From positions 1 through 64,000 of the IMG/VR virus record IMGVR_UViG_3300028920_000002: DNA of 64,000 nt, one strand, 5' to 3'. Under the pieces are notes generated by a model, which saw nothing but the letters and a program-made list of their open reading frames with translations, was not told the DNA's origin and made no database searches. The stretch's first letter is position 1, and each line of letters starts with the position of its first letter. The position numbers and the translations under genes are program-made. The DNA comes from a virus. Positions 55,229 to 63,490 of this stretch are shown one piece after another.

Positions 55229-56141
55229 GACGCGGGCGCTGTCTGCCTTCCCGGGCAGCAGCTTCAAGTACGGACCGCTCATGCATGTCCGCTACTTGTT
55301 CATCAGGTTCTGTCAAGGCTTGTTCCACGCGGCGCCGGAGAACTGCTACCACTGGGTAGAAGACCAGCACACCACCGAAATCTTCATCGCTGACGAAGAG
55401 ACGCTCAACCCGGAAGTCATCGCCAAGCGGCCCGGCATCTCCTTCACTCGAGGCCCAGTGCAGTTCTACTCGCTCGGCATCGACGACATGCAGGAGTACG
55501 ACTTCAGCTTGGATAAGAAGACCAAGGGTGTCCTCATTCCGGGCACGATGACCATCAACTGCTGCTCCAGAGTGCCCATCGAAAGCGAGCACATCGCATG
55601 GGTTGTCGCCGAACATCTGTGGCTTCTTCGACACCTCATGATGAGAGCTGGATTCTTCGAGATTGCCCGAGGAATTCAAGTCGGTGCGCCTTCAGCGGCT
55701 GGCTCCATCATCGCGCAAGACCGCGGTGAGGAGTTCACTTGTACGCCGGTGAGCGTGCCCTTCCAGTTCGCACGTACTTCTTCCTACACCCCGCTGGGCA
55801 AGGAAATCGTCAACAACATCGACATGAACTTGAGAGTCCGTAGGGGTTTGCCCATACAGAGTCTCGGTCCCGCACAAGCTGGACACGAGTATCCCATGGG
55901 TGTCTATACCTGCCAGCCGGAGTCATTTGCGCCTAACGCCGCCGACCTCCAGCGGGATGAAGACCTGCCCAAGATTCCTCACCCGCTCAATCCGGCAAAG
56001 ACCGTGAGAGTCCGCGTTGTTCGGCCCCATCGGGCGGGTACCAGACTCATCCAACGCCAGGGCGCCACTATTCCCATAGTGCGGCCCTGCGTGGAACAAT
56101 CGAACTCGCAATCAGCCCCAGTGTTTACGCAGCAAGGCTAG
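55209..56141 (+). CDS. Putative tail terminator/completion protein
   Basis: KRPGISFTRG, INCCSR..ESEHIA; directly before sheath. Confidence 0.55.
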   Translation: MVASIPETRALSAFPGSSFKYGPLMHVRYLFIRFCQGLFHAAPENCYHWVEDQHTTEIFIADEETLNPEVIAKRPGISFTRGPVQFYSLGIDDMQEYDFSLDKKTKGVLIPGTMTINCCSRVPIESEHIAWVVAEHLWLLRHLMMRAGFFEIARGIQVGAPSAAGSIIAQDRGEEFTCTPVSVPFQFARTSSYTPLGKEIVNNIDMNLRVRRGLPIQSLGPAQAGHEYPMGVYTCQPESFAPNAADLQRDEDLPKIPHPLNPAKTVRVRVVRPHRAGTRLIQRQGATIPIVRPCVEQSNSQSAPVFTQQG

Positions 56142-56156
56142 AGAAAGGAGCCCGCA

Positions 56157-59100
56157 GTGGCCGCAGAACAGCTTGCACGCCCCGGCGTAGAGGTCATCCA
56201 GGAGTTCCGCACGGTCACTCCTTCTGTCATCACGCCTACGCTCAATCCCTGTGTGGTCGGTGTGGCGAAGCAGCTCGTGGAGGTGCTTCAGTCCGATGGG
56301 GCTGGTGGCTCCGAGCTCAACCCGGATGCGCTCATCACCCTACCCGGCTTCTTCATCGCGTCGGCCGGCAGCGGTAGCCCCGTGGTCTACGGTGGATTGG
56401 ACGGCCTGGCGCTGGCCCTGTCCATCAATGAAGGCCCGGTAGTGACCATCACCTTCGCCGACCCAACGGCGACCGGACTGACCCCAGCGACGGTGGTCAA
56501 CGCCATCAACCAGCAGTTCACTCAGGATGGCATCACTTCGGCCATCGCAGAGACGGTGGGCACTGACCGCTTCCAGGTGCGCACTACGGGGGTCGGCGAG
56601 TTCCAGAACATCTTCGTCGACTCGACTACCGCTCAGGCAGTGGCGGACGCGTTCGGTATCGGTCTGCAGAAGACCTATCAGGGGCTGACCAGCTACAACC
56701 AGTACATCGTCACCGTCCCGGAAATCGCCTTCCCGGACCCGCGTGACAACCTCGACGAGCTCGCCATCCAGAAGGACACCATCCGGGTCTTCCTGTACCA
56801 GGGTAGCGGCACTGGGCTACAGGAGGTCAAGCGGGACGAGAGCTTCCTACGTCGCGGTGAGGTGAACGACCAGGCCAGCTTCACCAGTACCATCGCTGGC
56901 CCGCCGACGTACCCGACGGACTTCTATGACAAGACCGTGCGCATCCTGGTGGATGGGGTGCTGCAGGTCTACACGTTCCCGGGTTCTGGTACGGCCCCGG
57001 CCGACGCCGACGCTGTGGCCACACTGCTCAGCGCTGGTTTCAGCGGTGTGACGGTGACCAACTTGGCCGGCGTTCTGACTTGGACGCGCGACGACGGTGG
57101 CTACGCCAACACCATCGCTGTGGATGGCACGGCCGGTACTGCCCACACCATCCTTGGTCTGACGACTCAGAGCTCCGCAGGCATCTCCATCCGAGCCATC
57201 GACGATGGCAACGGTGATGCCGTCACTCCGCTGCTGCAGTTCGACGGGGCATCTCCGCAGGACTTCACCGCCACTGGCGCACCCGCCACGGCGGCCGTCC
57301 TGGCCGGTACCGGTGTGGTGACCTACGGCAACATCAGTGCCGGTGACACCCTCGTCATCTCCGATGGCAACCAGGAGCAGACCATCACCTTCCTGGGCAC
57401 GGAGACGAGCATCGATGGTGGCTCCCCCGACATGAAGACCACCATCGAGGCGGTGGTGGGACCGGCTGCCGGAGGCAAGATTACCGTCGATGACGCTGGC
57501 ACCGACCAGCTACGGCTCACCCACTCAGACCTCGGCGAGGAGTCGTACATCAAGCTGGTGGGTGGCACGGTCAGCTTCGCTGACCTGGACGATGATGCCA
57601 CCCCGACGTTGTACGCCGGCGTCACGGCCAACGGCGACCCGTTCGCCCCGCAGCCGGGTGACCACCTGTACATCGACGGGTTGTTCTACGCCACCATCAC
57701 CAAGGTCGCCCCAGGCGGAGCTGGTAACGAGGACGTGCTGAAGATTGACCGTCAGGTCCCCATCAGCAACAACATCGGCCGCCGGTTCTACATCATCTCG
57801 CAGGACATCGTCCCCGGGGATGCCGCCATCGGCGTGACCATCCCGACACCGGACCTGACGGTGGATGCAGAAGGCAACGTCATCCTCAAGCACAACCTGC
57901 TGCGGGACACCACCGGCGCGCCCATCAGTGGCAAGGCGCCCATCTACCTGTCGTACACCGCCGTGCGTCAGGATGTGACGGCTCTGGCCAGCAACCCGGG
58001 CTTGCTGCGTTTCGACACCACGACTGAGCTCGACTCGGCTCTGGAGCCCATCAACACCGACAACCCGTTGGCGTTGGGGTTGTACTACGCGATGATTAAC
58101 GCCGCTGGCATCCAGGTGACCGGTCTGGGCGTGGACGAAATCAGCGCGGACAGCCCGTTCGGTACGGTGGAGGCATTCACCCGGGCGGCGGAGTACCTCG
58201 AGGGCTACGAAGTGTACGCCCTGGCTCCGCTCACCCACGACCGAACGGTCGCCGAGGTGTTCAACACCCACGTCAACTTCATGAGCGAGCCCGAGAGCAA
58301 GGGTGAGCGTATCGTCATCTGGAACCCGGAGGTTCCGACCAACCGCAACGACACGCTGGTCGCCTCGGGCACCGACGGCGACGGTCTGACCACCACCACC
58401 TTTGACACCAAGGTGGTCAACCTCAGCGCGCTGCTCCTGAACGCCGGCGTGGATGCCACCGGCACCATCCCGGTCAGTGATGGAGTCCTCCTCGACATCG
58501 CCAGCGATGCCAAGCGCTACAGCGTGGAGAGCGTCAGCGGCGGCGTGGTGACCATCCGTACGGTCTTCAACGCCGGCGAGAACGATGACGGCTACTACAG
58601 CACTACCGCCCTCACCCTGCCTCTCATCAGCGAAGCCTTCGCGATTCGTGTACGAGGCACCGCGCTGGTCACGGCAGCTGGTACGGCAGACAAGGATGCC
58701 ATCGCGGAGACCGTGGCCACGACCGGCCAGGCATTCCAGAACCGTCGGTTCTGGATGACCTTCCCGGACCAGGCGGCGGCCACCATCGAAGGGCTCGAGC
58801 AGCTCGTCAACGGCTTCTACATGAACGCGGCCATCGCGGGCATGATTGGCCAGCAGCCTCCGCAGCAGTCCTTCACCAACTTCCCGATGACCGGCTTCAC
58901 CCGGGTCATCGGGTCGCAGGACACCTTCAACGACCGGCAGCTCAACGTGATGGCCGGCGGCGGCGCCTACATCATCGTGCAGGACGCTGAGGGCGCCCCG
59001 CTCATCAGCCGGATGGCTCTGACCACCGACCTGACGAGCATCGAGACCCGGACTGACTCCATCACCAAGGTCGTGGACTTCACCGCGAAGTTCATGCGCC

Positions 59101-59330
59101 GGGGCCTGCGGAGTTTCATCGGCCGGTTCAACATCACGCAGGGCTTCCTGGACACTCTCGGCTCCGTCATCCAGGGCCTGCTCGGCTTCTTGGTGGAGAC
59201 GGGCGTGCTCATCGGTGGCAACCTGAACAACCTGGTGCAGGACGAAGATGCCCGGGACACCGTCCTCATCGACGTCTCGCTCGACCCACCCTACCCCTGC
59301 AACTACATCCGCCTGACGCTGGTGGTGTGA
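56157..59330 (+). CDS. Contractile tail sheath protein with large insertions
   Basis: ARPGVEVIQEF N-terminus, YALAPLTHD, C-terminal ISRMALTTD..SITKVVDF..NNLVQDED..IDVSLDPPYPCNYIRLTL. Confidence 0.9.
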   Translation: MAAEQLARPGVEVIQEFRTVTPSVITPTLNPCVVGVAKQLVEVLQSDGAGGSELNPDALITLPGFFIASAGSGSPVVYGGLDGLALALSINEGPVVTITFADPTATGLTPATVVNAINQQFTQDGITSAIAETVGTDRFQVRTTGVGEFQNIFVDSTTAQAVADAFGIGLQKTYQGLTSYNQYIVTVPEIAFPDPRDNLDELAIQKDTIRVFLYQGSGTGLQEVKRDESFLRRGEVNDQASFTSTIAGPPTYPTDFYDKTVRILVDGVLQVYTFPGSGTAPADADAVATLLSAGFSGVTVTNLAGVLTWTRDDGGYANTIAVDGTAGTAHTILGLTTQSSAGISIRAIDDGNGDAVTPLLQFDGASPQDFTATGAPATAAVLAGTGVVTYGNISAGDTLVISDGNQEQTITFLGTETSIDGGSPDMKTTIEAVVGPAAGGKITVDDAGTDQLRLTHSDLGEESYIKLVGGTVSFADLDDDATPTLYAGVTANGDPFAPQPGDHLYIDGLFYATITKVAPGGAGNEDVLKIDRQVPISNNIGRRFYIISQDIVPGDAAIGVTIPTPDLTVDAEGNVILKHNLLRDTTGAPISGKAPIYLSYTAVRQDVTALASNPGLLRFDTTTELDSALEPINTDNPLALGLYYAMINAAGIQVTGLGVDEISADSPFGTVEAFTRAAEYLEGYEVYALAPLTHDRTVAEVFNTHVNFMSEPESKGERIVIWNPEVPTNRNDTLVASGTDGDGLTTTTFDTKVVNLSALLLNAGVDATGTIPVSDGVLLDIASDAKRYSVESVSGGVVTIRTVFNAGENDDGYYSTTALTLPLISEAFAIRVRGTALVTAAGTADKDAIAETVATTGQAFQNRRFWMTFPDQAAATIEGLEQLVNGFYMNAAIAGMIGQQPPQQSFTNFPMTGFTRVIGSQDTFNDRQLNVMAGGGAYIIVQDAEGAPLISRMALTTDLTSIETRTDSITKVVDFTAKFMRRGLRSFIGRFNITQGFLDTLGSVIQGLLGFLVETGVLIGGNLNNLVQDEDARDTVLIDVSLDPPYPCNYIRLTLVV

Positions 59331-59339
59331 GGCCCCCCG

Positions 59340-59726
59340 ATGTTGGACCTCGTCACCACCCAGGCGCTCCGCGATGAGCTCGTGAAGATTGCCAACGTCA
59401 AGGCGTTGGCGATTGGCAAGCGACTCGCGAAGCGGCCTCTCCCGCCCAGCGTCCGAGGGCTGAAGCCAAAGGCCGAGGCCCTCAAGAAGGTGGACTTCAG
59501 CATCGACCCGAAGCAGATGGCGTCCTGGGCGGGGAAGACCTCCACGGCGTCGGTCAAGTTGTCGGCCAAGCTGCCTCCCCAAGCGAAGGCCAGCTTGGAA
59601 GCCCTCGCCACACGGCTGGCCAAGAGCGAGAAGAAGGTACCTCAGAAGCTCGTCATGAAGAGCCTCGGCGGAGGCGGTGGCCTCATCAGTGGCAGGGGCA
59701 AGGCTGCCGTCATGGGCCTGAAGTAG
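59340..59726 (+). CDS. Small basic protein with DELVKIA leader
   Basis: ALRDELVKIAN; Lys-rich; between sheath and tube. Confidence 0.65.
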   Translation: MLDLVTTQALRDELVKIANVKALAIGKRLAKRPLPPSVRGLKPKAEALKKVDFSIDPKQMASWAGKTSTASVKLSAKLPPQAKASLEALATRLAKSEKKVPQKLVMKSLGGGGGLISGRGKAAVMGLK

Positions 59727-59749
59727 AATACTCGTAGAAGGAGAAGGAC

Positions 59750-60511
59750 ATGGCAGGAAACTACAGCGACTGGTCGCCCTACACCAACTACGTCCAGGCC
59801 GGCCTGGTCGACGGGGCGTACGTCAACGCAGGGCACACGCTGCTAGCCGCCGGCCCTCCGCGCATCGCCAACATCGGCGGGGCTGCGAGCTTCGCTCAGG
59901 CGGTGAGCGGTGATGGGCAGTCAGCCAATCAGATTGTGCTGCCCATTGGCATCATCCAGAACTTCGCCCTGAGCCACAACCGGCAGTTCAGCCGCATCTT
60001 CGAGATTGGCTCCGAGCGGAGCTACTTCATCTCGGGTCGTACGGTCGGGCAGCTGCAGCTCGGGCGCATCTACTACCACGGTGCGTCCCTGCTTCGCATT
60101 CTGTACGCGTACTACCAGGACCTCATCCCGCCGACCTTCGTGCCGGCGATGTGGCCCAACGCTGGTACGGCGTCGATGAGCAACCCCCACGACGTCATCA
60201 TCCCGCCGGGGTACGAGAACATCTACCTCAACCTGGCGAGCGACCTGTTCGCGCAGCCCATCGGCATCCTGATGTACATCCGGGACGTCAACCAGGACGC
60301 GTTGGGCTCCGGCTACTTCGAGGCGTGCTACGTCCCGAACCACAACTGGCGGACCGATTCGCAGGGTGTGCTCGTACAGGAGGACGTCGGCGTGCAGTTC
60401 GAGCGCATGGTGCCCGTCGCCATCAGCGCCCTGACCCTCATCACCTCAGCCAGCCAGAACGCCGGAGGCGCCAGCGCCAACGAGACCTTCCTCGGCATCC
60501 CCGGTTCCTGA
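59750..60511 (+). CDS. Tail tube protein
   Basis: IGIIQNFALSHNRQFSRIFEIGS..YFISGR, follows sheath. Confidence 0.8.
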   Translation: MAGNYSDWSPYTNYVQAGLVDGAYVNAGHTLLAAGPPRIANIGGAASFAQAVSGDGQSANQIVLPIGIIQNFALSHNRQFSRIFEIGSERSYFISGRTVGQLQLGRIYYHGASLLRILYAYYQDLIPPTFVPAMWPNAGTASMSNPHDVIIPPGYENIYLNLASDLFAQPIGILMYIRDVNQDALGSGYFEACYVPNHNWRTDSQGVLVQEDVGVQFERMVPVAISALTLITSASQNAGGASANETFLGIPGS

Positions 60512-60523
60512 TAGGAGGTCCTC

Positions 60524-60931
60524 GTGGCAGCAACACCCTTCACCTTCTCTGGCACGCTCGTACGACCGCCCGTTCCGGGTCAGGCGAACAACAACATCCC
60601 GGTTCCGCTCACGACCTTCAGCTCGAGCTTCAAGCCGAAGAGCGAAGATGAGTACGACCTCTCGGGCGCGGGTACGAAGGCCGTGGACATGGCCGGTATC
60701 TCGAGCGCTGGCGCCAAGTTCTTCTCCATCGAGGTCAGCACCACCACGCCCGACGACCTGCCTGCATCCGCTCCGGTGAACCTGCGCGTCAACGGTGGCA
60801 CCGACGACATCGAGCTCAGCCCCGGCGGCTTCATCATCTTCGGCAGTCCGAATCCCACGGCCAGCGGCATCACCAGTCTCGACCTGGTACACACGCAGGA
60901 CGCGAAGGTCATCGTCAGGGTGTACGGCTGA
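60524..60931 (+). CDS. Small beta-rich virion protein
   Basis: AGGAGG RBS; 135 aa. Confidence 0.65.
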   Translation: MAATPFTFSGTLVRPPVPGQANNNIPVPLTTFSSSFKPKSEDEYDLSGAGTKAVDMAGISSAGAKFFSIEVSTTTPDDLPASAPVNLRVNGGTDDIELSPGGFIIFGSPNPTASGITSLDLVHTQDAKVIVRVYG

Positions 60932-60942
60932 CCGGAGGCTAC

Positions 60943-61317
60943 GTGCTATTGGCCTCCTTCATGAGCGGTCCGGGGGCGGAAGCCGCCGAACTTGCTGGGA
61001 GAAGTGGGCTCACCCTGCTCGAGTCCAGCCTGCTCGGGGCCATCGCGGTACTATCTTTGCTTGTCGCGATTTTTGCGGTCTGGAAACTCAACCGGGTGCA
61101 AAATGAGAGGGTAGAGGACCAGAAGCAGATGAGCGAGCGTATGGAGAAGTTGGCTGACAGGCTGGTCAGCACTTTCTCCGAGACGAACAGCGCTCTACAA
61201 AACCTGACGCAGGCCGAAGTGCAAGGTCAGGCGCTCATGCAGCAGCTCAAGTCTTCCATCGACGGGGTCATCATGGCCGCGGTCCGTCGTGGTTCCTCTC
61301 ATCCGCCCCGTCCATGA
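60943..61317 (+). CDS. Holin-like single-TM protein
   Basis: LLGAIAVLSLLVAIFAVW followed by coiled coil (BhlA-like layout). Confidence 0.5.
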   Translation: MLLASFMSGPGAEAAELAGRSGLTLLESSLLGAIAVLSLLVAIFAVWKLNRVQNERVEDQKQMSERMEKLADRLVSTFSETNSALQNLTQAEVQGQALMQQLKSSIDGVIMAAVRRGSSHPPRP

Positions 61318-61327
61318 GGGGGTTCTC

Positions 61328-61591
61328 ATGCTCATGTTTTTCAGACGACTGGTTGGTGTGGAGGACACACAGCGAGAGGAGCATGCGCGCTTCAAACGCA
61401 ACCTGAACGGCTTCGATAAGCGAGCCACTGAGCTCAACGACATCGAATCCCAGCTGGCCAAGGTGGTACACGCCATCGACGAGAAGAAGGATGCCGTACA
61501 AGCTAGTCGTTGCTCAGGAGCATCCGGCGAACATTCATTGAACCTGACCATAGACGGAGAGAGCTGTGTCACAGGAGAAGCAGCAGAATGA
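61328..61591 (+). CDS. Small coiled-coil protein
   Basis: GAGGGGG RBS, ATG 61328. Confidence 0.55.
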   Translation: MLMFFRRLVGVEDTQREEHARFKRNLNGFDKRATELNDIESQLAKVVHAIDEKKDAVQASRCSGASGEHSLNLTIDGESCVTGEAAE

Positions 61592-62153
61592 GGGGACCGT
61601 CAGCCAAGAGGCGCAGGTCATCCGCCGCAAAGACCTGACGGACCTCGCCGACACGTTCAAGCAGGCGTTGTGCCCGGTCCAGAACCTTGTGGGGTTGGTG
61701 GGCGACCAGAACGTTTTGGTCAAAGAGACCAACAGACAGGTCAAGGACACCAGCCACAAGCAGAAGTGGCAGAGTGTGTGGCTCATCGCGCTGACCATTG
61801 GCTTCATAGCTGTGGCGGTAGCGCAGACACGTACTAGCAGTGCCCAAGATGTTACTGCCAAGAGCCAGAAGCAGCTTGTCGAGAGCGGCGCTCAGGTTCA
61901 GAAGGACTTGTCTGATGTCACTGTCGAGCTGCGCGGTCTAGTCGCACTTGCGAAGAAGACCGGGCAGCAGGTGGAGGACATCAAGGAGAACAAGGAAACC
62001 GAGCCCGAAGTTCAGCTGGTGGCTGAGACCGACCCGGTGAAGGCCCGCCGAGCACCGGTGAAGGTGCGTATTCTTCCTCCGAAGAAGAAGGGGGCTGCGC
62101 CTCCGCCGCAGTCGGCGGTAGAATTACCCATTCCCAGCAAGCACGTGAAGTGA
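61566..62153 (+). CDS. Single-TM coiled-coil protein (spanin-like?)
   Basis: VWLIALTIGFIAVAVA, then coiled coil and Pro-rich end. Confidence 0.5.
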   Translation: MSQEKQQNEGTVSQEAQVIRRKDLTDLADTFKQALCPVQNLVGLVGDQNVLVKETNRQVKDTSHKQKWQSVWLIALTIGFIAVAVAQTRTSSAQDVTAKSQKQLVESGAQVQKDLSDVTVELRGLVALAKKTGQQVEDIKENKETEPEVQLVAETDPVKARRAPVKVRILPPKKKGAAPPPQSAVELPIPSKHVK

Positions 62154-62770
62154 TGGAAAGCCCCAGCCCCGAGCTGATGCACGCATACGGTACCGACGAA
62201 TTCTACGTCGACAACCTGGAGAAGCGTGCGGCTCTGCCGATACTCGCTCGAATGGCTGCGGGTGCCGGTTTCCTCGGCCTGGTGGCTCATCAGAGACGGC
62301 ACGAGGAGCGTCTGCGTACTCAGGCTGCCATCCTGAATGAGATGTTCCGCCAGGAGGAGGCGGAGCGCATGGCGGCCACCATCCAGTCGTTTCAGCATCC
62401 AGGAGACAGAATGATGGCTGGCATCTATCCGCTCGACCAGGGCATGGAGCGCTTGGCGTCGGTGGCCGCACACATCGGTCGAGGAATGGCACACCAAGAG
62501 CTAGAAAAAGAAGCCGGCATAGGTGGCGCGGCGCTGAGTGCCCTCGGCAAGGGGCTGAGCCGGGCCAAAGGAGCCGTAGGCAGCGCCACCAAGATTGGGT
62601 GGAAGGGCAAGCTTCTTGGACTGGGTGCCCTTGGCGGAGTTGGATACCTCGGGTACAAGGGCCTGCAGGCGGGCAAGGACTACATGATGCAGCCCACTTC
62701 CGGTGGCCGTTGGGGTACGGGGCAGCAGCTCAGGACGCGTGTCAATCAGTGGGGGCAGCCTACCTACTGA
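62150..62770 (+). CDS. Glycine-zipper protein with K-x-A sites
   Basis: NLEKRAA, ELEKEAG; GLGALGGVGYLG. Confidence 0.65.
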   Translation: MMESPSPELMHAYGTDEFYVDNLEKRAALPILARMAAGAGFLGLVAHQRRHEERLRTQAAILNEMFRQEEAERMAATIQSFQHPGDRMMAGIYPLDQGMERLASVAAHIGRGMAHQELEKEAGIGGAALSALGKGLSRAKGAVGSATKIGWKGKLLGLGALGGVGYLGYKGLQAGKDYMMQPTSGGRWGTGQQLRTRVNQWGQPTY

Positions 62771-63490
62771 CGCCACCAGTAGGTCGGTGGGGACTCGTCC
62801 GGCCCGTCCGTGATGGGCACCAGCGCACCCTCTCGGTACTCCAGTTCGATGGAGTCATCAGCGAGGGCGTCCTCGAGGCTGAGGACATGCTCCAGTGCGG
62901 CGGGCACCTGGGACTCCTCTGCCGCTTGTACCTGTGGCTTCGGTGTGCGTCTCGGCTCCGCGAAGTCAAGCACCGCGGCGTCGAGTTGACCCATCTCGCT
63001 TGGCCCGAGCTCGTCGAGCTTCTTCTGGCCCGCGATGAGCTGTTGTAACAAGTCCCCGAGTTCTGGGTTGAACTTCTCGGGTTCCTCCAGGTACTCCTGA
63101 TACAAAACTGCTGGGTCGCCGATAAGGGCCGTGAACAGCCCCTCTCTCCGCTTTGGCTCGGCGTTCGTCTCTGCGCTTTGGGTCAAGGCAAACGGCGTCG
63201 GGAATTTCGGAAGCGCTGGCCGACGCAATAGCCACAAGTTGTTCGGAACTGTAAAATCTGGGTAGCCCAGCCTTTGTAAGTTCCAGCTGAATCTGCGAGA
63301 ACTCTGCTTGGATTCCATTGCCGTGCTCCACTAGGAAGTCTTGCAGGATGGCGCTGACGAGCTTGGACAGATTGGCCATCGGTCGTCCGCTCGTCAGCAG
63401 CCTGTACTGCATCACCGCCACGTACATCCCCAGGACCTTCCAGCAGCCGCCGGTTATCCCGAAGGGCACCCTCGTGTAGACGCGCTTCAC
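62764..63490 (-). CDS. Two overlapping ORFs (ribbon-helix-helix-like N-part; acidic helical C-part), possibly one frameshifted gene
   Basis: 62966-63490 begins KRVYTRVP plus two helices; 62764-63318 looks protein-like only in its last two thirds. Confidence 0.4.

Noticed and set aside
56120-56132. TTTACGCA before the sheath as another class A promoter
   Set aside because: No TTG-type -35 at 16-18 nt and an imperfect -10
57525-59582. 685-aa antisense ORF (also 40012-41397, 4037-5161, 43951-45117, 45485-46492, 47876-49003, 3687-4709)
   Set aside because: Shadow or alternate frames of GC3-biased genes, with typical V/G/D/H- or R/P-rich composition and no motifs
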